DNA of 44,240 bases, taken from NCBI GenBank assembly GCA_965370015.1, contig CBDUSZ010000003.1:1-44240 (forward strand), read 5' to 3'. This document shows positions 20,617 to 30,749 of this stretch, piece by piece. Source of the DNA: an uncultured bacterium (GTDB lineage Bacteria; Pseudomonadota; Gammaproteobacteria; GCA-001735895). The translations under genes and the position numbers were made by a program. Under the pieces are notes generated by a model. It saw nothing but the letters and a program-made list of their open reading frames with translations, did not search any database and was not told the origin of the DNA. How positions within the stretch are numbered: position 1 is the stretch's first letter; every line of letters begins with the position of its first letter.

Positions 20617-21495
20617 TTACTCGGGTACCTCTATACCATTAAGCCGACAAGCCTGTTGCAAGGTATTATGTAGCAGGCAGGCAATCGTCATAGGTCCGAC
20701 ACCACCGGGTACGGGAGTAATCGCTCCCGCGACTTCACTGACGCTGGTAAAATCGACATCACCAACCAGCCTGGTACCGCCTTCTTCCTTTTCAATTCGA
20801 TTAATACCGACGTCGATCACCGTAGCCCCTGGCTTGATCCAGTCGCCCTTAATCATTTCGGGCCTGCCTACTGCAGCGATGACAATATCAGCCTGTCGAC
20901 ATTCACCGGGTAAATCAACGGTACGCGAATGCGCTATAGTTACCGTACAGCTTTCTTTCAGCAACAACGCTGCCATCGGCTTACCGACGATATTAGAGCG
21001 GCCCACGACGATCGCTTTTTTGCCCGATAAGTCTCCCAGCTGATCCTTCAACATCATCATCGAGCCGAGCGGTGTACAGGGTACGATTCCCGCGGCACCC
21101 GTCGCCAATTTGCCCACATTGGAGAGATGAAATCCATCGACGTCTTTATCTGCGGCAACCGAGTTGATCACCAACGCTTCGTCGATATGTTTGGGGAGCG
21201 GTAACTGCACCAGAATGCCATGCACGCTCGGGGCATTATTCAGTCGATCAATCAATTCGAGCAATTCATCCTGAGGGGTTTCCGCCGACAGTTTGTGTTC
21301 GTAAGAATTCATCCCCGCTTCTATAGTTTGCTTTCCCTTACTTCGGACATAAACCTGGCTGGCAGGGTCTTCGCCCACCAGTACCACTGCCAGTCCTGGG
21401 GTAATTGAATGATTTTGTTTTAACAGTCCCACCTTGCGTGCGATTTCGCCGCGCAGGTTTGCCGAAAATGCTTTACCGTCGATAATTGTAGCCAA
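20617..21495 (-). CDS. folD: Bifunctional methylene-THF dehydrogenase/cyclohydrolase
   Basis: [56 protein letters not shown] start behind AGGAG, conserved in the second copy. Confidence 0.96.
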   Translation of the reverse strand: MATIIDGKAFSANLRGEIARKVGLLKQNHSITPGLAVVLVGEDPASQVYVRSKGKQTIEAGMNSYEHKLSAETPQDELLELIDRLNNAPSVHGILVQLPLPKHIDEALVINSVAADKDVDGFHLSNVGKLATGAAGIVPCTPLGSMMMLKDQLGDLSGKKAIVVGRSNIVGKPMAALLLKESCTVTIAHSRTVDLPGECRQADIVIAAVGRPEMIKGDWIKPGATVIDVGINRIEKEEGGTRLVGDVDFTSVSEVAGAITPVPGGVGPMTIACLLHNTLQQACRLNGIEVPE

Positions 21496-21650
21496 GGATT
21501 TCACACTCCTAACAGTAAGGTTAATGGTGTTTGCAGCTTTCCTGCCGATCCGGCATGCCTGCCCCAAAAGTTATATTTTACGAATATCGACAATGCAAAA
21601 GCATCGATAAAACGACATTCTTTTATCCATAAGTCAATTTTTACTACAAT

Positions 21651-21676
21651 AAAAAAGGCCGCATTGCTGCGGCCTT
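21651..21676 (-). terminator. Rho-independent terminator of the amt/small-protein unit
   Basis: On the minus strand AAGGCCGCA-GCAA-TGCGGCCTT followed by TTTT. Confidence 0.8.
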
Positions 21677-21693
21677 AAATCACATTTCGGCTG

Positions 21694-21717
21694 TTATCAG
21701 GATTTTAATCCTGATAA
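21694..21717. repeat. Perfect 11-bp inverted repeat TTATCAGGATT-TT-AATCCTGATAA
   Basis: Seen directly just downstream of the 77-aa ORF; function unknown. Confidence 0.5.
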
Positions 21718-21732
21718 ACAATGATAACCTGG

Positions 21733-21966
21733 TTATGGATCTTCCGGATCCTCCCGACCCACTATCTCCAATAGCGTTTCTTTATCGCCAAAACGTTTCA
21801 ATTCTTCGTCATGAATCTGGTTTTCTATCTTGGTTTGTTTAATATGCCACCAAATCCAGAAAACAAGACCCGCGATAGCCAGTAGGCCTTCACTGCCGAC
21901 GAAGGGATATATAGGACCGATATCAGATATTGTACCAGTCCAACTCTCAAAACTACCTGTAGACAT
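21733..21966 (-). CDS. Small single-pass membrane protein downstream of amt
   Basis: 77 aa with a strong GAGGAGG RBS, one hydrophobic helix (GLLAIAGLVFWIWW) and an acidic tail. Confidence 0.8.
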   Translation of the reverse strand: MSTGSFESWTGTISDIGPIYPFVGSEGLLAIAGLVFWIWWHIKQTKIENQIHDEELKRFGDKETLLEIVGREDPEDP

Positions 21967-22047
21967 AGATATGTCCTCCTCTTGTTAGGCGTCCCCCGGC
22001 AATAACCGCGGGCGCCGTTGATTGATTACCTGACTTATCGATTAGCC

Positions 22048-23418
22048 TTACAGATTGGCCAGGTACTGACGTTCTGCTTCGATAATTGACCGTTCATCGT
22101 CGACACTAGCAGTATGAGCACCCATATCGAGACCCATGATTTCAATTTCAGGCGCCACGCGCAGCATACCGAACTTTTTCAGTGTTGATGCTATGACAAA
22201 ACCTGGCAAGAAGCCGAGAACGCCAAACATGATTATCGCACCGATAAAATTACCCAGCGGATTGATAGCAGCGTAGTCGGGATTGGGTGAAGACGGATAA
22301 CCCCAGAGCATAAAGCCAGCTATGACCACACCGAGGAATCCTGCATAGCCATGCACCGCGACCGCACCAACCGCATCGTCTATCTTGAATTTGCGTTCCA
22401 CCCAGTAATGCATCTTGTAGATGACCGGTACAACAGCGGCCGCAATTAACATAGCCTGGATCGGATGGTACAGATCGTTACCCGCAGACGCCGCGATGAT
22501 ACCGGCGAGACCACCCGAGTAAGTCCAGAACGCGTCACCCTTCGAGACGATGTAGGCCGACAACAAACCACCCGACAGCGACATCAGAAAGTTAAAGGTT
22601 ATGCCAGACAAGGTAGTCGGAGTCAGGTAGATAGTGGTGGCTGAAAAGAAAACACCATCCCCAGCCTGAACGTCCCACATAGGAATATTACAGGCGACAT
22701 AAAAACCCCAAAAACCGGTGTAGATCAGGAACAGACCAATCGTAACCAACCAGGGATTACGCGGGCCGATATTGCGTGGCGTTCCATCTGGCGCAAACTT
22801 GCCGATACGGGCACCCAGCGGGATTAAAATGCCCAGTGCAAAACCACCTGCAATTGCATGTATGACACCCGATGCGTATGCATCATGATAACCCAGCACC
22901 TGCACCATCCAGCCGTCTGGATGCCAGCCCCAGGCGGCGTCGATAATCCAGAAAAACGAACCGATCGCAACAGCCAGAATCCAGAAACCGCTGGATTTGA
23001 TACGTTCGATTACCGCTCCAGAGACGATCGATGCTGCAGTCCAGGAAAACAGCAGGAATGCTGCCCAGAACACACCGTTAATGCGTTCCCAGCCGTTGAA
23101 CTCACCCGCACCCATGTGAGGCGCCATGGCTTCACTGTAAATTGTTGCGTGCGGCGCTTCTACCAGGTCACCTACGATCCAGGGACCATTGGGGAAGGCG
23201 AAATAAATCCACCAGCCAAAAAAGAAAAATGTGATCGTCACCAAAGGGATGATCATGGTATTTTTCATCAAGGTGTGCATATGGTTCTTGTGTCGGGAAG
23301 CACCTACTTCGTACATACAAAAGCCGACGTGTATCAAGAACATAAATACCACCGTGCTCCAGTAATAATACTCGGTAAATATAATCCCGAGCGCCGTTAA
23401 TTCATTATCCATCCTCAT
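22048..23418 (-). CDS. amt: Amt/Mep-family transporter, probable methylammonium/ammonium channel
   Basis: Polytopic membrane protein with SIVSGAVIER, DAYASGVIH and IDDAVGAVAVHG (twin His). Confidence 0.88.
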   Translation of the reverse strand: MRMDNELTALGIIFTEYYYWSTVVFMFLIHVGFCMYEVGASRHKNHMHTLMKNTMIIPLVTITFFFFGWWIYFAFPNGPWIVGDLVEAPHATIYSEAMAPHMGAGEFNGWERINGVFWAAFLLFSWTAASIVSGAVIERIKSSGFWILAVAIGSFFWIIDAAWGWHPDGWMVQVLGYHDAYASGVIHAIAGGFALGILIPLGARIGKFAPDGTPRNIGPRNPWLVTIGLFLIYTGFWGFYVACNIPMWDVQAGDGVFFSATTIYLTPTTLSGITFNFLMSLSGGLLSAYIVSKGDAFWTYSGGLAGIIAASAGNDLYHPIQAMLIAAAVVPVIYKMHYWVERKFKIDDAVGAVAVHGYAGFLGVVIAGFMLWGYPSSPNPDYAAINPLGNFIGAIIMFGVLGFLPGFVIASTLKKFGMLRVAPEIEIMGLDMGAHTASVDDERSIIEAERQYLANL

Positions 23419-23742
23419 ATCCTCTCTTATAAGTTAGATTTATAATTTATTTTATTACCAGAACTTCCTGGCATTGCCCTCATTATTAGCTTTAAAATCT
23501 GCTAATAATTTCACTCACATGAAACTATTATGACCCCCAGATAAAAAATTAAAAACCACTTATAACCTGAATTGATCGATCCAACAACTAGAAATTTATC
23601 CAAAATCAGATCGGATCAGCCCCTTTTAGCTCTGAATTTTTGAAGTTTCGAACGAAATTAAACCGACGATTGGTTGTTGATATCAGCTACTGCCGACCTA
23701 TTATCAGTATTATTTGGGGATTCGGGCAAAATTGGGTTGGTT

Positions 23743-24433
23743 GCCGACATCGATGACCGTTGCACCTGGCTTAATCCAGTCGCCCTTGACCATTTCCGGC
23801 CTTCCTACCGCAGCGATGACAATATCGGCCTGACGGCATTCACCGGGCAAATCAACAGTGCGCGAATGCGCTATGGTTACCGTACAGCTTTCTTTCAGTA
23901 ATAACGCGGCCATCGGTTTACCGACAGATGTTAGAGCGACCCACGACGATGGCCTTTTTCCCCGATAAATCTCCCAGATGATCCTTCAACATCATCATCG
24001 AACCGAGCGGAGTGCATGGTACGATACCATCAGCACCAATCGACAATTTGCCCACATTAGAGAGATGAAAACCGTCGACATCTTTATCTGCAGCAACTGA
24101 GTTGATCACCGAACCTTCATCAATATGTTTGGGGAGTGGCAACTGTACCAGAATGCCATGCACTGCCGGGTCATTATTCAATGCATCAATCAATTCTAGC
24201 AATTCATGCTGAGGAGTTTCTGCTGAGAGTTTGTGTTCATATGAATTCATTCCTGCTTCCCCGGTTTGTTTACCCTTACTGCGTACGTAGACCTGACTAG
24301 CGGGATCTTCACCGACCAATACTACTGCAAGTCCTGGGGTGATCGAGTGATTTTGTTTTAGTAACTTAACTTTGCGGGCAATTTCTCCACGTAAATTTGC
24401 CGAAAAAGCTTTACCGTCAATAATAGTAGCCAA
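23743..24433 (-). pseudogene. folD: Second folD copy, frameshifted and 3'-truncated
   Basis: Protein nearly identical to 20617-21495. An extra base at ~23926 splits it into ORFs 23918-24433 and 23710-23913. Similarity is lost after IDVG, so the last ~62 codons including VPGGVGPMT are missing. Confidence 0.85.
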
Positions 24434-24600
24434 GGATTTCGCACTCCCTAATATTAGGTTAATGGTGTTTACAGATATGCTGTCAGCCGGATAGCTCTAC
24501 CAGCTAAATAATATTTTACAAATTTCAACACTATAAAAGCATCGATAAAACAACATTTTTTTAACCAATTGATCAACATCAAGAGTAAAAAAGGCCGCAT
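24431..24600. repeat. Diverged duplicate of the folD upstream region (partner 21493-21664)
   Basis: Shared blocks CAAGGATTTC, AGGTTAATGGTGTTT, AAAAGCATCGATAAAAC and AAAAAAGGCCGCAT in the same order. Confidence 0.8.
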
Positions 24601-24841
24601 AGAATCAGTATTGACTATGCACCTCGAGCCTTTGGTTCGCTGCGAACTAAACTTGGCGACATATTCGCTATCTTCGATTTCCGAAAAAGGAGATCAGTCT
24701 AAGTATCTCAATCTTAAACAACAGGCGGGGTTTGGCAAACGCTTACGACATGGATATCGTCAATATGATTTACTCTTATTTCCTCCAATTTATCGGTCTG
24801 AAGTAGTGAAAAACCCTCTAAAATTGTTCCGGTAAAAAGTT

Positions 24842-25264
24842 TTAGTCAATCCCGCGTTCAGCCACCAGGCGAAAAATGTCTGATTCAGTCACCATACCGA
24901 CAAGCTTGTCAGCGGAATTAACCACCGGGATCCCGCCGAATTTATTCGCCAGCATCATGTTCGCGGCTTTGCTAACGGGTTCGTCCTCGAGAATTGTCAA
25001 AACCGGTGATGCCATAATTTTCTTGATAGTGAGCTTGGCCAACAGATAGTTCAACTCCCAGACGCTCAGGGATGTGGCACCGGACGGCGTTGCCTGTTGA
25101 ATATCCGAAAGCGTCACTATACCCATCAGTTTGTCGTCATCCATAACCGGGAGTCGCCTTATATTATTCCTGATCATCACTTGATGGGCTTCCGGCAATA
25201 CCGTATCCGGAGTAATTGACTCCACCTCTTTGGCCATAATTTCTTTTACTAGTACCTGTGTCAT
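24842..25264 (-). CDS. CBS-domain pair protein (AcuB N-terminal-like)
   Basis: IRRLPVM, LMGIVTLSDI, ATSLSVWELNYLL, LVGMVTESDIF. Confidence 0.9.
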   Translation of the reverse strand: MTQVLVKEIMAKEVESITPDTVLPEAHQVMIRNNIRRLPVMDDDKLMGIVTLSDIQQATPSGATSLSVWELNYLLAKLTIKKIMASPVLTILEDEPVSKAANMMLANKFGGIPVVNSADKLVGMVTESDIFRLVAERGID

Positions 25265-25357
25265 ATCCTATACCTTTAGGTTTGCACGATGATCGAATCA
25301 AGAAGGTTCTGCATAGGTTGCCCTGGGCCGGCCGAGCAGGAAAAAATGCCTGATACC

Positions 25358-26071
25358 CTATATTCCCAAATAAGTTTGGCGAACATTATCATCCTCTTTC
25401 AAGCGATCAGCCTGCCCTTCAAGAGCGATATTACCCGTCTCCAAAACATATCCGTAGTCTGCCAGCGCAAGTGCCAGGCGTGCATTCTGCTCAACCAATA
25501 CAATAGTCCTTCCATGAGCATGAATCTCCCTGATAATCCGTGCAATCTCCTGACACATAATCGGAGATAATCCCAGTGATGGCTCATCCATAAGTATAAG
25601 CCTTGGATTAGACATAAGCGCTCTGCCCAACGCAACCATTTGCTGTTCACCACCACTCATTGTTCCGGCAGCCTGGTTAATGCGCTCTTTTAAACGGGGA
25701 AAGTGAGAAAAGACAATCTCGAAATTATTCGCCACCTCCCTGGAGTCATTTCTTAAATAAGCTCCCATTTCAAGGTTTTCCTTTACACTCATCTGAGGAA
25801 ATACCCGGCGGCCTTCGGGAACATGCGCAATGCCTATACCGGTAATTTCTTCGGGCGGGAGCTCAGCGATTGACTCTCCCTCGAACAACACTTCACCCGC
25901 AGAGGGTCTGACCAGACCAGATATCATTCGCAAGGTTGTACTTTTACCGGCACCATTTGCACCAATCAAAGTGATAACATCACCCTCTGGCACTTTTATC
26001 GATATATTTCGAGTAGCTTCTACTTTGCCAAAATTGACAGCAGTATTTTTGAGTTCAAGCAACAATTTCAT
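25358..26071 (-). CDS. HAAT/Liv-type ABC transporter ATP-binding protein (LivF-like)
   Basis: GANGAGKST, HVPEGRRVF, MSGGEQQM, DEPSLGL, VEQN. Confidence 0.93.
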   Translation of the reverse strand: MKLLLELKNTAVNFGKVEATRNISIKVPEGDVITLIGANGAGKSTTLRMISGLVRPSAGEVLFEGESIAELPPEEITGIGIAHVPEGRRVFPQMSVKENLEMGAYLRNDSREVANNFEIVFSHFPRLKERINQAAGTMSGGEQQMVALGRALMSNPRLILMDEPSLGLSPIMCQEIARIIREIHAHGRTIVLVEQNARLALALADYGYVLETGNIALEGQADRLKEDDNVRQTYLGI

Positions 26072-26822
26072 CTGCTCCCAGGTAAGCCTCAATCACTTTT
26101 TTATTATTGATAATTTCTTCCGGTAATCCCTCTGCCAGCTTCTCTCCAAAATCCAACACGGTTATTTTGTCGCAAAGATTCATGACAGTTCTCATATCAT
26201 GTTCCACTAATAAAACTGTAATACCCCATTCATCCCTTATTTTCTTGACATGATCAACCATGATCGCTTTTTCACCGGAATTCATTCCGGCAACAGGCTC
26301 ATCGAGCATTAACAATTCCGGATCAGTTGCCAATGCCATCGCGACACCCAGTACACGTTGATGTCCGTGTGACAGATTGGCAGCCAGATTATCCTGTTCA
26401 TGTTCCAGACCAAGAAAACTAATAATCTCCATTGATCTTTCCATATTCCCCGCTTCGTCTTTATTTTTATGTCTGAAAATCGCATTCATCAAGGAAGCAT
26501 CGGCATTGAGATGCCGCGCAATAATCACGTTTTCAAGAACGGTAAAGTCAGGAAAAAGCGCTGGCCTTTGAAACGTACGCACAACACCCAGCTTGGCTAT
26601 TTTACTGGAATGCAATCCGGAGATAACTTGTCCTTTAAATTCAACTGTGCCTGAAGACGGCGCATAAAAACCACTAACCACGTTAAAAAACGTTGTCTTC
26701 CCCGCACCATTCGGCCCTATTACACCACGAATCTCCCCTTCTTCAACCTCCAGGTCAATCATGTGATTCGCCTGCAGGCCGCCAAAGCTTTTCGATAGCT
26801 TTTTAACCGAGAAAAAGGACAT
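26055..26822 (-). CDS. HAAT/Liv-type ABC transporter ATP-binding protein (LivG-like)
   Basis: FGGL, GPNGAGKTT, RTFQ, LDEPVAGMN, VEHDM, VIEAYLG. Start at ATG 26822 behind AGGAGG. Confidence 0.93.
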   Translation of the reverse strand: MSFFSVKKLSKSFGGLQANHMIDLEVEEGEIRGVIGPNGAGKTTFFNVVSGFYAPSSGTVEFKGQVISGLHSSKIAKLGVVRTFQRPALFPDFTVLENVIIARHLNADASLMNAIFRHKNKDEAGNMERSMEIISFLGLEHEQDNLAANLSHGHQRVLGVAMALATDPELLMLDEPVAGMNSGEKAIMVDHVKKIRDEWGITVLLVEHDMRTVMNLCDKITVLDFGEKLAEGLPEEIINNKKVIEAYLGADEIVA

Positions 26823-26823
26823 C

Positions 26824-27819
26824 TCAGCTGGCCTCCTTCTTAGCAAACAATTCGACAAAAAATAGTTTAATGCGAGGTATTAATGTTTCCAGCCCACCGG
26901 GCAGGTAGACCAGGAACACAATGAGTATCAAGCCAAACAACAGGGGTCGCCATTCTTCCAAAGGCCGAGACAGCTCAAAAACCAGTGACATGGAAATAAC
27001 ACCAATCAAAGGTCCCCAGAATGTTTTAACACCACCCACGACGACCCAGATAATAAGATATACCATTTCCACCATTTCAAAATTATGCGGATCTATGGAG
27101 CCGATCAGATAAGCCATCAGCGAACCCGCAATGCCCGCGAAAAAGCCGGCAACACAGAAAACCATAACCCGCGCCCGGGTAACATTGATTCCTATACTTT
27201 CGCATAACTCACTGTCCGCATAAATCGCTTTCCAGGCATTTCCGATTCTTGAACGATCAATCCGATACAAGATCACAAGCACTAAAACAGTAAAAATCAG
27301 GGTGAAAAAATAAAAGTTAGTAGAATCCCAGAAATCAACGAAATACCAGTCTCCCGACTGCCCTATTTCCAATTTAGGGATACCATTTACACCGCGAGCA
27401 CCACCGAACGGATTATGAAATTTCAACCAGACGTGACGGACAAATTCTCCTAACGCGAAAGAGGCGATAAAAAAAGCGAAGCCGATGGTCCTGGACAGTG
27501 GCACTGCAAACAATAAACTGACACCGACAGTGATCATTGCGGCCAATGGCATTGCAGCATAAAAAGGGACGCCAAACTTTTTAGCGAGTATCCCGGTAGC
27601 GTAGGCGCCTACGCCCATCAAGATATAGTGACAAAGCGTCCAGTCTCCGGTGGTTGTCATCAACCGATAGCTTTGCGCCAGAATTACGTTGATCAGAAAG
27701 ATGGTTAATAATTCAAGCCTGTAAGCAGAAACAATTTGCGGCGCCACACACAAGAAACCGACAATAATAAATACTGGCAACCAAAATTCTACGAAAGAGT
27801 TAGCGCTAGACTTTAACAT
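26824..27819 (-). CDS. HAAT/Liv-type ABC permease (LivM-like)
   Basis: Hydrophobic protein with GVGAYA, SRIGNAWKAI, VVVGG..TFWGPLIG, YLPGGL. Start uncertain. Confidence 0.88.
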   Translation of the reverse strand: MLKSSANSFVEFWLPVFIIVGFLCVAPQIVSAYRLELLTIFLINVILAQSYRLMTTTGDWTLCHYILMGVGAYATGILAKKFGVPFYAAMPLAAMITVGVSLLFAVPLSRTIGFAFFIASFALGEFVRHVWLKFHNPFGGARGVNGIPKLEIGQSGDWYFVDFWDSTNFYFFTLIFTVLVLVILYRIDRSRIGNAWKAIYADSELCESIGINVTRARVMVFCVAGFFAGIAGSLMAYLIGSIDPHNFEMVEMVYLIIWVVVGGVKTFWGPLIGVISMSLVFELSRPLEEWRPLLFGLILIVFLVYLPGGLETLIPRIKLFFVELFAKKEAS

Positions 27820-28675
27820 TACCGAGTAACCCTGTTGGTTTAACAATTAAAACAATGGCCATAAATAGAACACCGACCATGGTAGCTGTTACCGAGTCGT
27901 ACATTGTAGAGACAAAAGTATGAATAAAACCCAGGATAAATGCCGCCAGTACGGCACCTTCAATACTGGCCATACCACCAACAATAACAACAATAAATGC
28001 GGTAATCGCATAAACGTGCCCCATATAGGGCGTAACCGGAATAATGGGCGCCATCAGCGCACCACCGACCCCGGCAAAACCACCGGACAGAAACATTGCC
28101 AACATAGTCATCTTATTGATACTGATACCCTGCAGAACCGCGGCTTCAGTATCCTGAGCGCAGGCTCTCAGCGCCTTACCGGCTTTGATTTTTTTCAAAA
28201 AGAACCATAATCCCCCAACCATAATAATAGTGGCGGGAATGATGGCCAGACGCTGCCAGCTGACGGCAGCACCAAGAATTTCAGCGCTGCCCTTATACGG
28301 AACGGGTACCGAACGCATCAGTCCGACTCCCCACTGCTGCCCCACCAATACCTGAAAAATAAAACTTGCCCCTGCGGTTGCCATGAAACCGGCAAGAACA
28401 TTACCTCTGGTCGGCCTAAATATGGCCCGTTCCAATAGAACGCCGAGCAAGGCAACAATGGGAAATGCAGCGATTACTGCGATAAAAAATGGCAGGCCCG
28501 CAAGCGAATATAAAACATAAACGACGTAAGCACCGGCCATGAACAGTTCACCGTGAGCAAAGTTAGCCATTTGCATAACACCAAATGCCAATGCCAAACC
28601 CACAGCCACCATGGCGTAAATCGAACCCAGTACTAGTGCATTCGCGAATGATTGTATAAATGTTTCTAGTCCCAT
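27806..28675 (-). CDS. HAAT/Liv-type ABC permease (LivH-like)
   Basis: GSIYAMVAVGL, NFAHGE, GKALRA, VIVGGM.SI.G, KPTGLLG. Confidence 0.92.
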   Translation of the reverse strand: MGLETFIQSFANALVLGSIYAMVAVGLALAFGVMQMANFAHGELFMAGAYVVYVLYSLAGLPFFIAVIAAFPIVALLGVLLERAIFRPTRGNVLAGFMATAGASFIFQVLVGQQWGVGLMRSVPVPYKGSAEILGAAVSWQRLAIIPATIIMVGGLWFFLKKIKAGKALRACAQDTEAAVLQGISINKMTMLAMFLSGGFAGVGGALMAPIIPVTPYMGHVYAITAFIVVIVGGMASIEGAVLAAFILGFIHTFVSTMYDSVTATMVGVLFMAIVLIVKPTGLLGNVKV

Positions 28676-28743
28676 CTTGGCCAGCCTTTACTAGATCACT
28701 GTTTAATAATTCTATTCATAAAAATTCGGAAAGAAGGGATGAC

Positions 28744-28773
28744 ATCGGGAAGTGAATCCATTCACGCCCCGAT
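28744..28773. other. Intergenic stem-loop after the binding-protein gene (likely mRNA stabiliser)
   Basis: ATCGGG..GTGAA-TCCA-TTCAC..CCCGAT between the SBP and permease genes. Confidence 0.4.
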
Positions 28774-28800
28774 ATCCGTCGGTAGATCTAAAATGATCTA

Positions 28801-30066
28801 CTATTGATCATGCATCAGCCCTTTCGAACGGACATGCGCGATGATCTTATCTTTACGCGGTCCAAACCATTCGTAGAAATCAAGTACTTTCTGAACACGT
28901 TTCACACCATCGCGATGCTCATTAACTGGAACCGGTGTGGCGATCATGTTGTCGATACCCCACATATCGGAACCCGTGAATTTGCCCGCGCCTAGCAGAG
29001 TGTCTATTGAGTCAGCCTTTCTTAAAGCGGCGACCACTTTGTCTGCATCAAACGAGCAGGCCAACTGTACACCCTGAGCCCAGACTTCCAACATGATTAC
29101 ATGATCCCAGTCGATACCGGTAATGCCGCGCTTGACATCATCGGGACCACCAGGGCCGTAGCGCTTAATCCATTCATTATAAAATTCCTGTTGCGGGGAA
29201 CCCTTACCCCACCACGGATCATTAAACAACGGGAAACTATCAACCGCGCCTTCCATATACTCTTTCGGAACCTTTGTCAGAATTGATTCAGAATCCAGGT
29301 AGTTGGCCGAGATGCCGCCTTTAAAACCTTGCACATAAAGCTGCTCAATAATGCCAACAACAAAATCGGGATACGACAGATTCAAACTCACGACATCAGG
29401 CTTGGTTGCCAGAACTGCGGTTACAATGGGTGCGAAGTCAATGGTATCCAGCGAATAGTGCTTGTCATAAACCACGTCCCAACCATCGACCATCGCGGAG
29501 CCTACTTCCCATGCCTGCGCAATAAGACCGATCGTGTCATCCTGAGACAAAACCGCCCAACGCTTTAGATCAGGGTTCCTCTGCTTGTGGTATAACGGCC
29601 TCATCATGTCGATACGCGGAGTTACATCCCCACCAGCGATGAGATAAGGCCGGTCGGGTTTGATATCACCAGAAATCAAACTCGCATAAACAACTTTTTT
29701 CCGCGTCAAAAATGGATGTGTTGCATCAGCCGGGTTACCGCCAATCGCACTGATAAACTTCACGTTATGCTCAAGCACCAGTTGCTTGGCACCTTGTAGT
29801 GCTTTTGAACCAGTTGCTTCATCATCAAATGTCACCATGTTCAACTTGTGGCGTTTACCACAAACATCAAGACCACCTTCAGCATTCACTCTGTCGACAA
29901 ACATCTGGTTGCCCGTCAAACCGGGAAGCCCCCAGCCTGCATCCGGCCCTGACAATGCCCCTAGAAATCCAATATTGACTGTTTCTGCCGCTCGACCGTT
30001 TCCCACGGTCAACAGTGTTGAAGTTGCAACTACCGCTGCAAGTAATGTTTTACTGACTTGTTTCAT
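28801..30066 (-). CDS. Periplasmic substrate-binding protein, Leu/Ile/Val-binding fold, ligand unknown
   Basis: Signal peptide, IGFLGALSGP..WG, VNAEGG, DFAPIVT..KPDVV; first gene of a complete Liv-type cassette. Confidence 0.9.
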   Translation of the reverse strand: MKQVSKTLLAAVVATSTLLTVGNGRAAETVNIGFLGALSGPDAGWGLPGLTGNQMFVDRVNAEGGLDVCGKRHKLNMVTFDDEATGSKALQGAKQLVLEHNVKFISAIGGNPADATHPFLTRKKVVYASLISGDIKPDRPYLIAGGDVTPRIDMMRPLYHKQRNPDLKRWAVLSQDDTIGLIAQAWEVGSAMVDGWDVVYDKHYSLDTIDFAPIVTAVLATKPDVVSLNLSYPDFVVGIIEQLYVQGFKGGISANYLDSESILTKVPKEYMEGAVDSFPLFNDPWWGKGSPQQEFYNEWIKRYGPGGPDDVKRGITGIDWDHVIMLEVWAQGVQLACSFDADKVVAALRKADSIDTLLGAGKFTGSDMWGIDNMIATPVPVNEHRDGVKRVQKVLDFYEWFGPRKDKIIAHVRSKGLMHDQ

Positions 30067-30346
30067 AATATTCCTAGCCTCCTAATATAATGGATGGGTA
30101 TTAATGTTAATGTTACCGTTAAAAAAAAGACACAGGGTGAATTGTTGATGTACTCCCCACACTTCTAAATAAAGAATTACTCAGATATATCTTTACTGTT
30201 AACGTCTTGCCACTTATATAAATTATAAGCACTTCTCCCTAAACTGACTTTATTATATCTTACATCTATGCCATGAAAATTTTGACTGCAAGGGAACCAC
30301 CGAGTGACTGGCGACCCCTCAAATCCTGACGCCTGCTAGCAAACAA

Positions 30347-30736
30347 TCAGGAAAATTTCTCGTAAGCGTTTCGAAGATCAACCATCGGATGAGCTTTTGC
30401 CATCTGAAACTTCACCAGCAGCTCACGCGCAATCATGTCACGGTCCTGCTGGTTATCCGGCAATTCTATATTCTCCGGAATGGTTACCCATCCATTGATA
30501 TTCCGATCGAATACCGCCGGGCGACTTTCTTCATAACCCATGTGTACATCTTCCAGCCAGTTCAGATCGCTCCAGCCCATGACTTCCATATACTGGTGCA
30601 GAAATGGCGTACAACGTTCCATATCGGGCACCAGGTTGACATCGTAGCGATAACCGATGTGCTGACCGATTATCTTCTCGCGTTCGGTATCAAGACCATC
30701 GCCTTCGAGGAATTGATCAATATTTTGTTCAGCCAT
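30347..30736 (-). CDS. Hypothetical acidic protein in the module-B operon
   Basis: 129-aa ORF with AGGAGG RBS, 13 nt after the mgsC2 stop. Confidence 0.8.
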   Translation of the reverse strand: MAEQNIDQFLEGDGLDTEREKIIGQHIGYRYDVNLVPDMERCTPFLHQYMEVMGWSDLNWLEDVHMGYEESRPAVFDRNINGWVTIPENIELPDNQQDRDMIARELLVKFQMAKAHPMVDLRNAYEKFS

Positions 30737-30749
30737 ATTTATATCCTCC

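Noticed and set aside
24569-24835. 88-aa plus-strand ORF
   Set aside because: No RBS or recognisable motif, it overlaps the duplicated folD leader, and it runs against the island's orientation.
30289-30340. ZMP/ZTP-riboswitch-like words (GGGAACCACCG, GTGACTGGCGA)
   Set aside because: The elements are in the wrong order and on the strand opposite to the flanking genes, and the 3' pseudoknot segment is missing.
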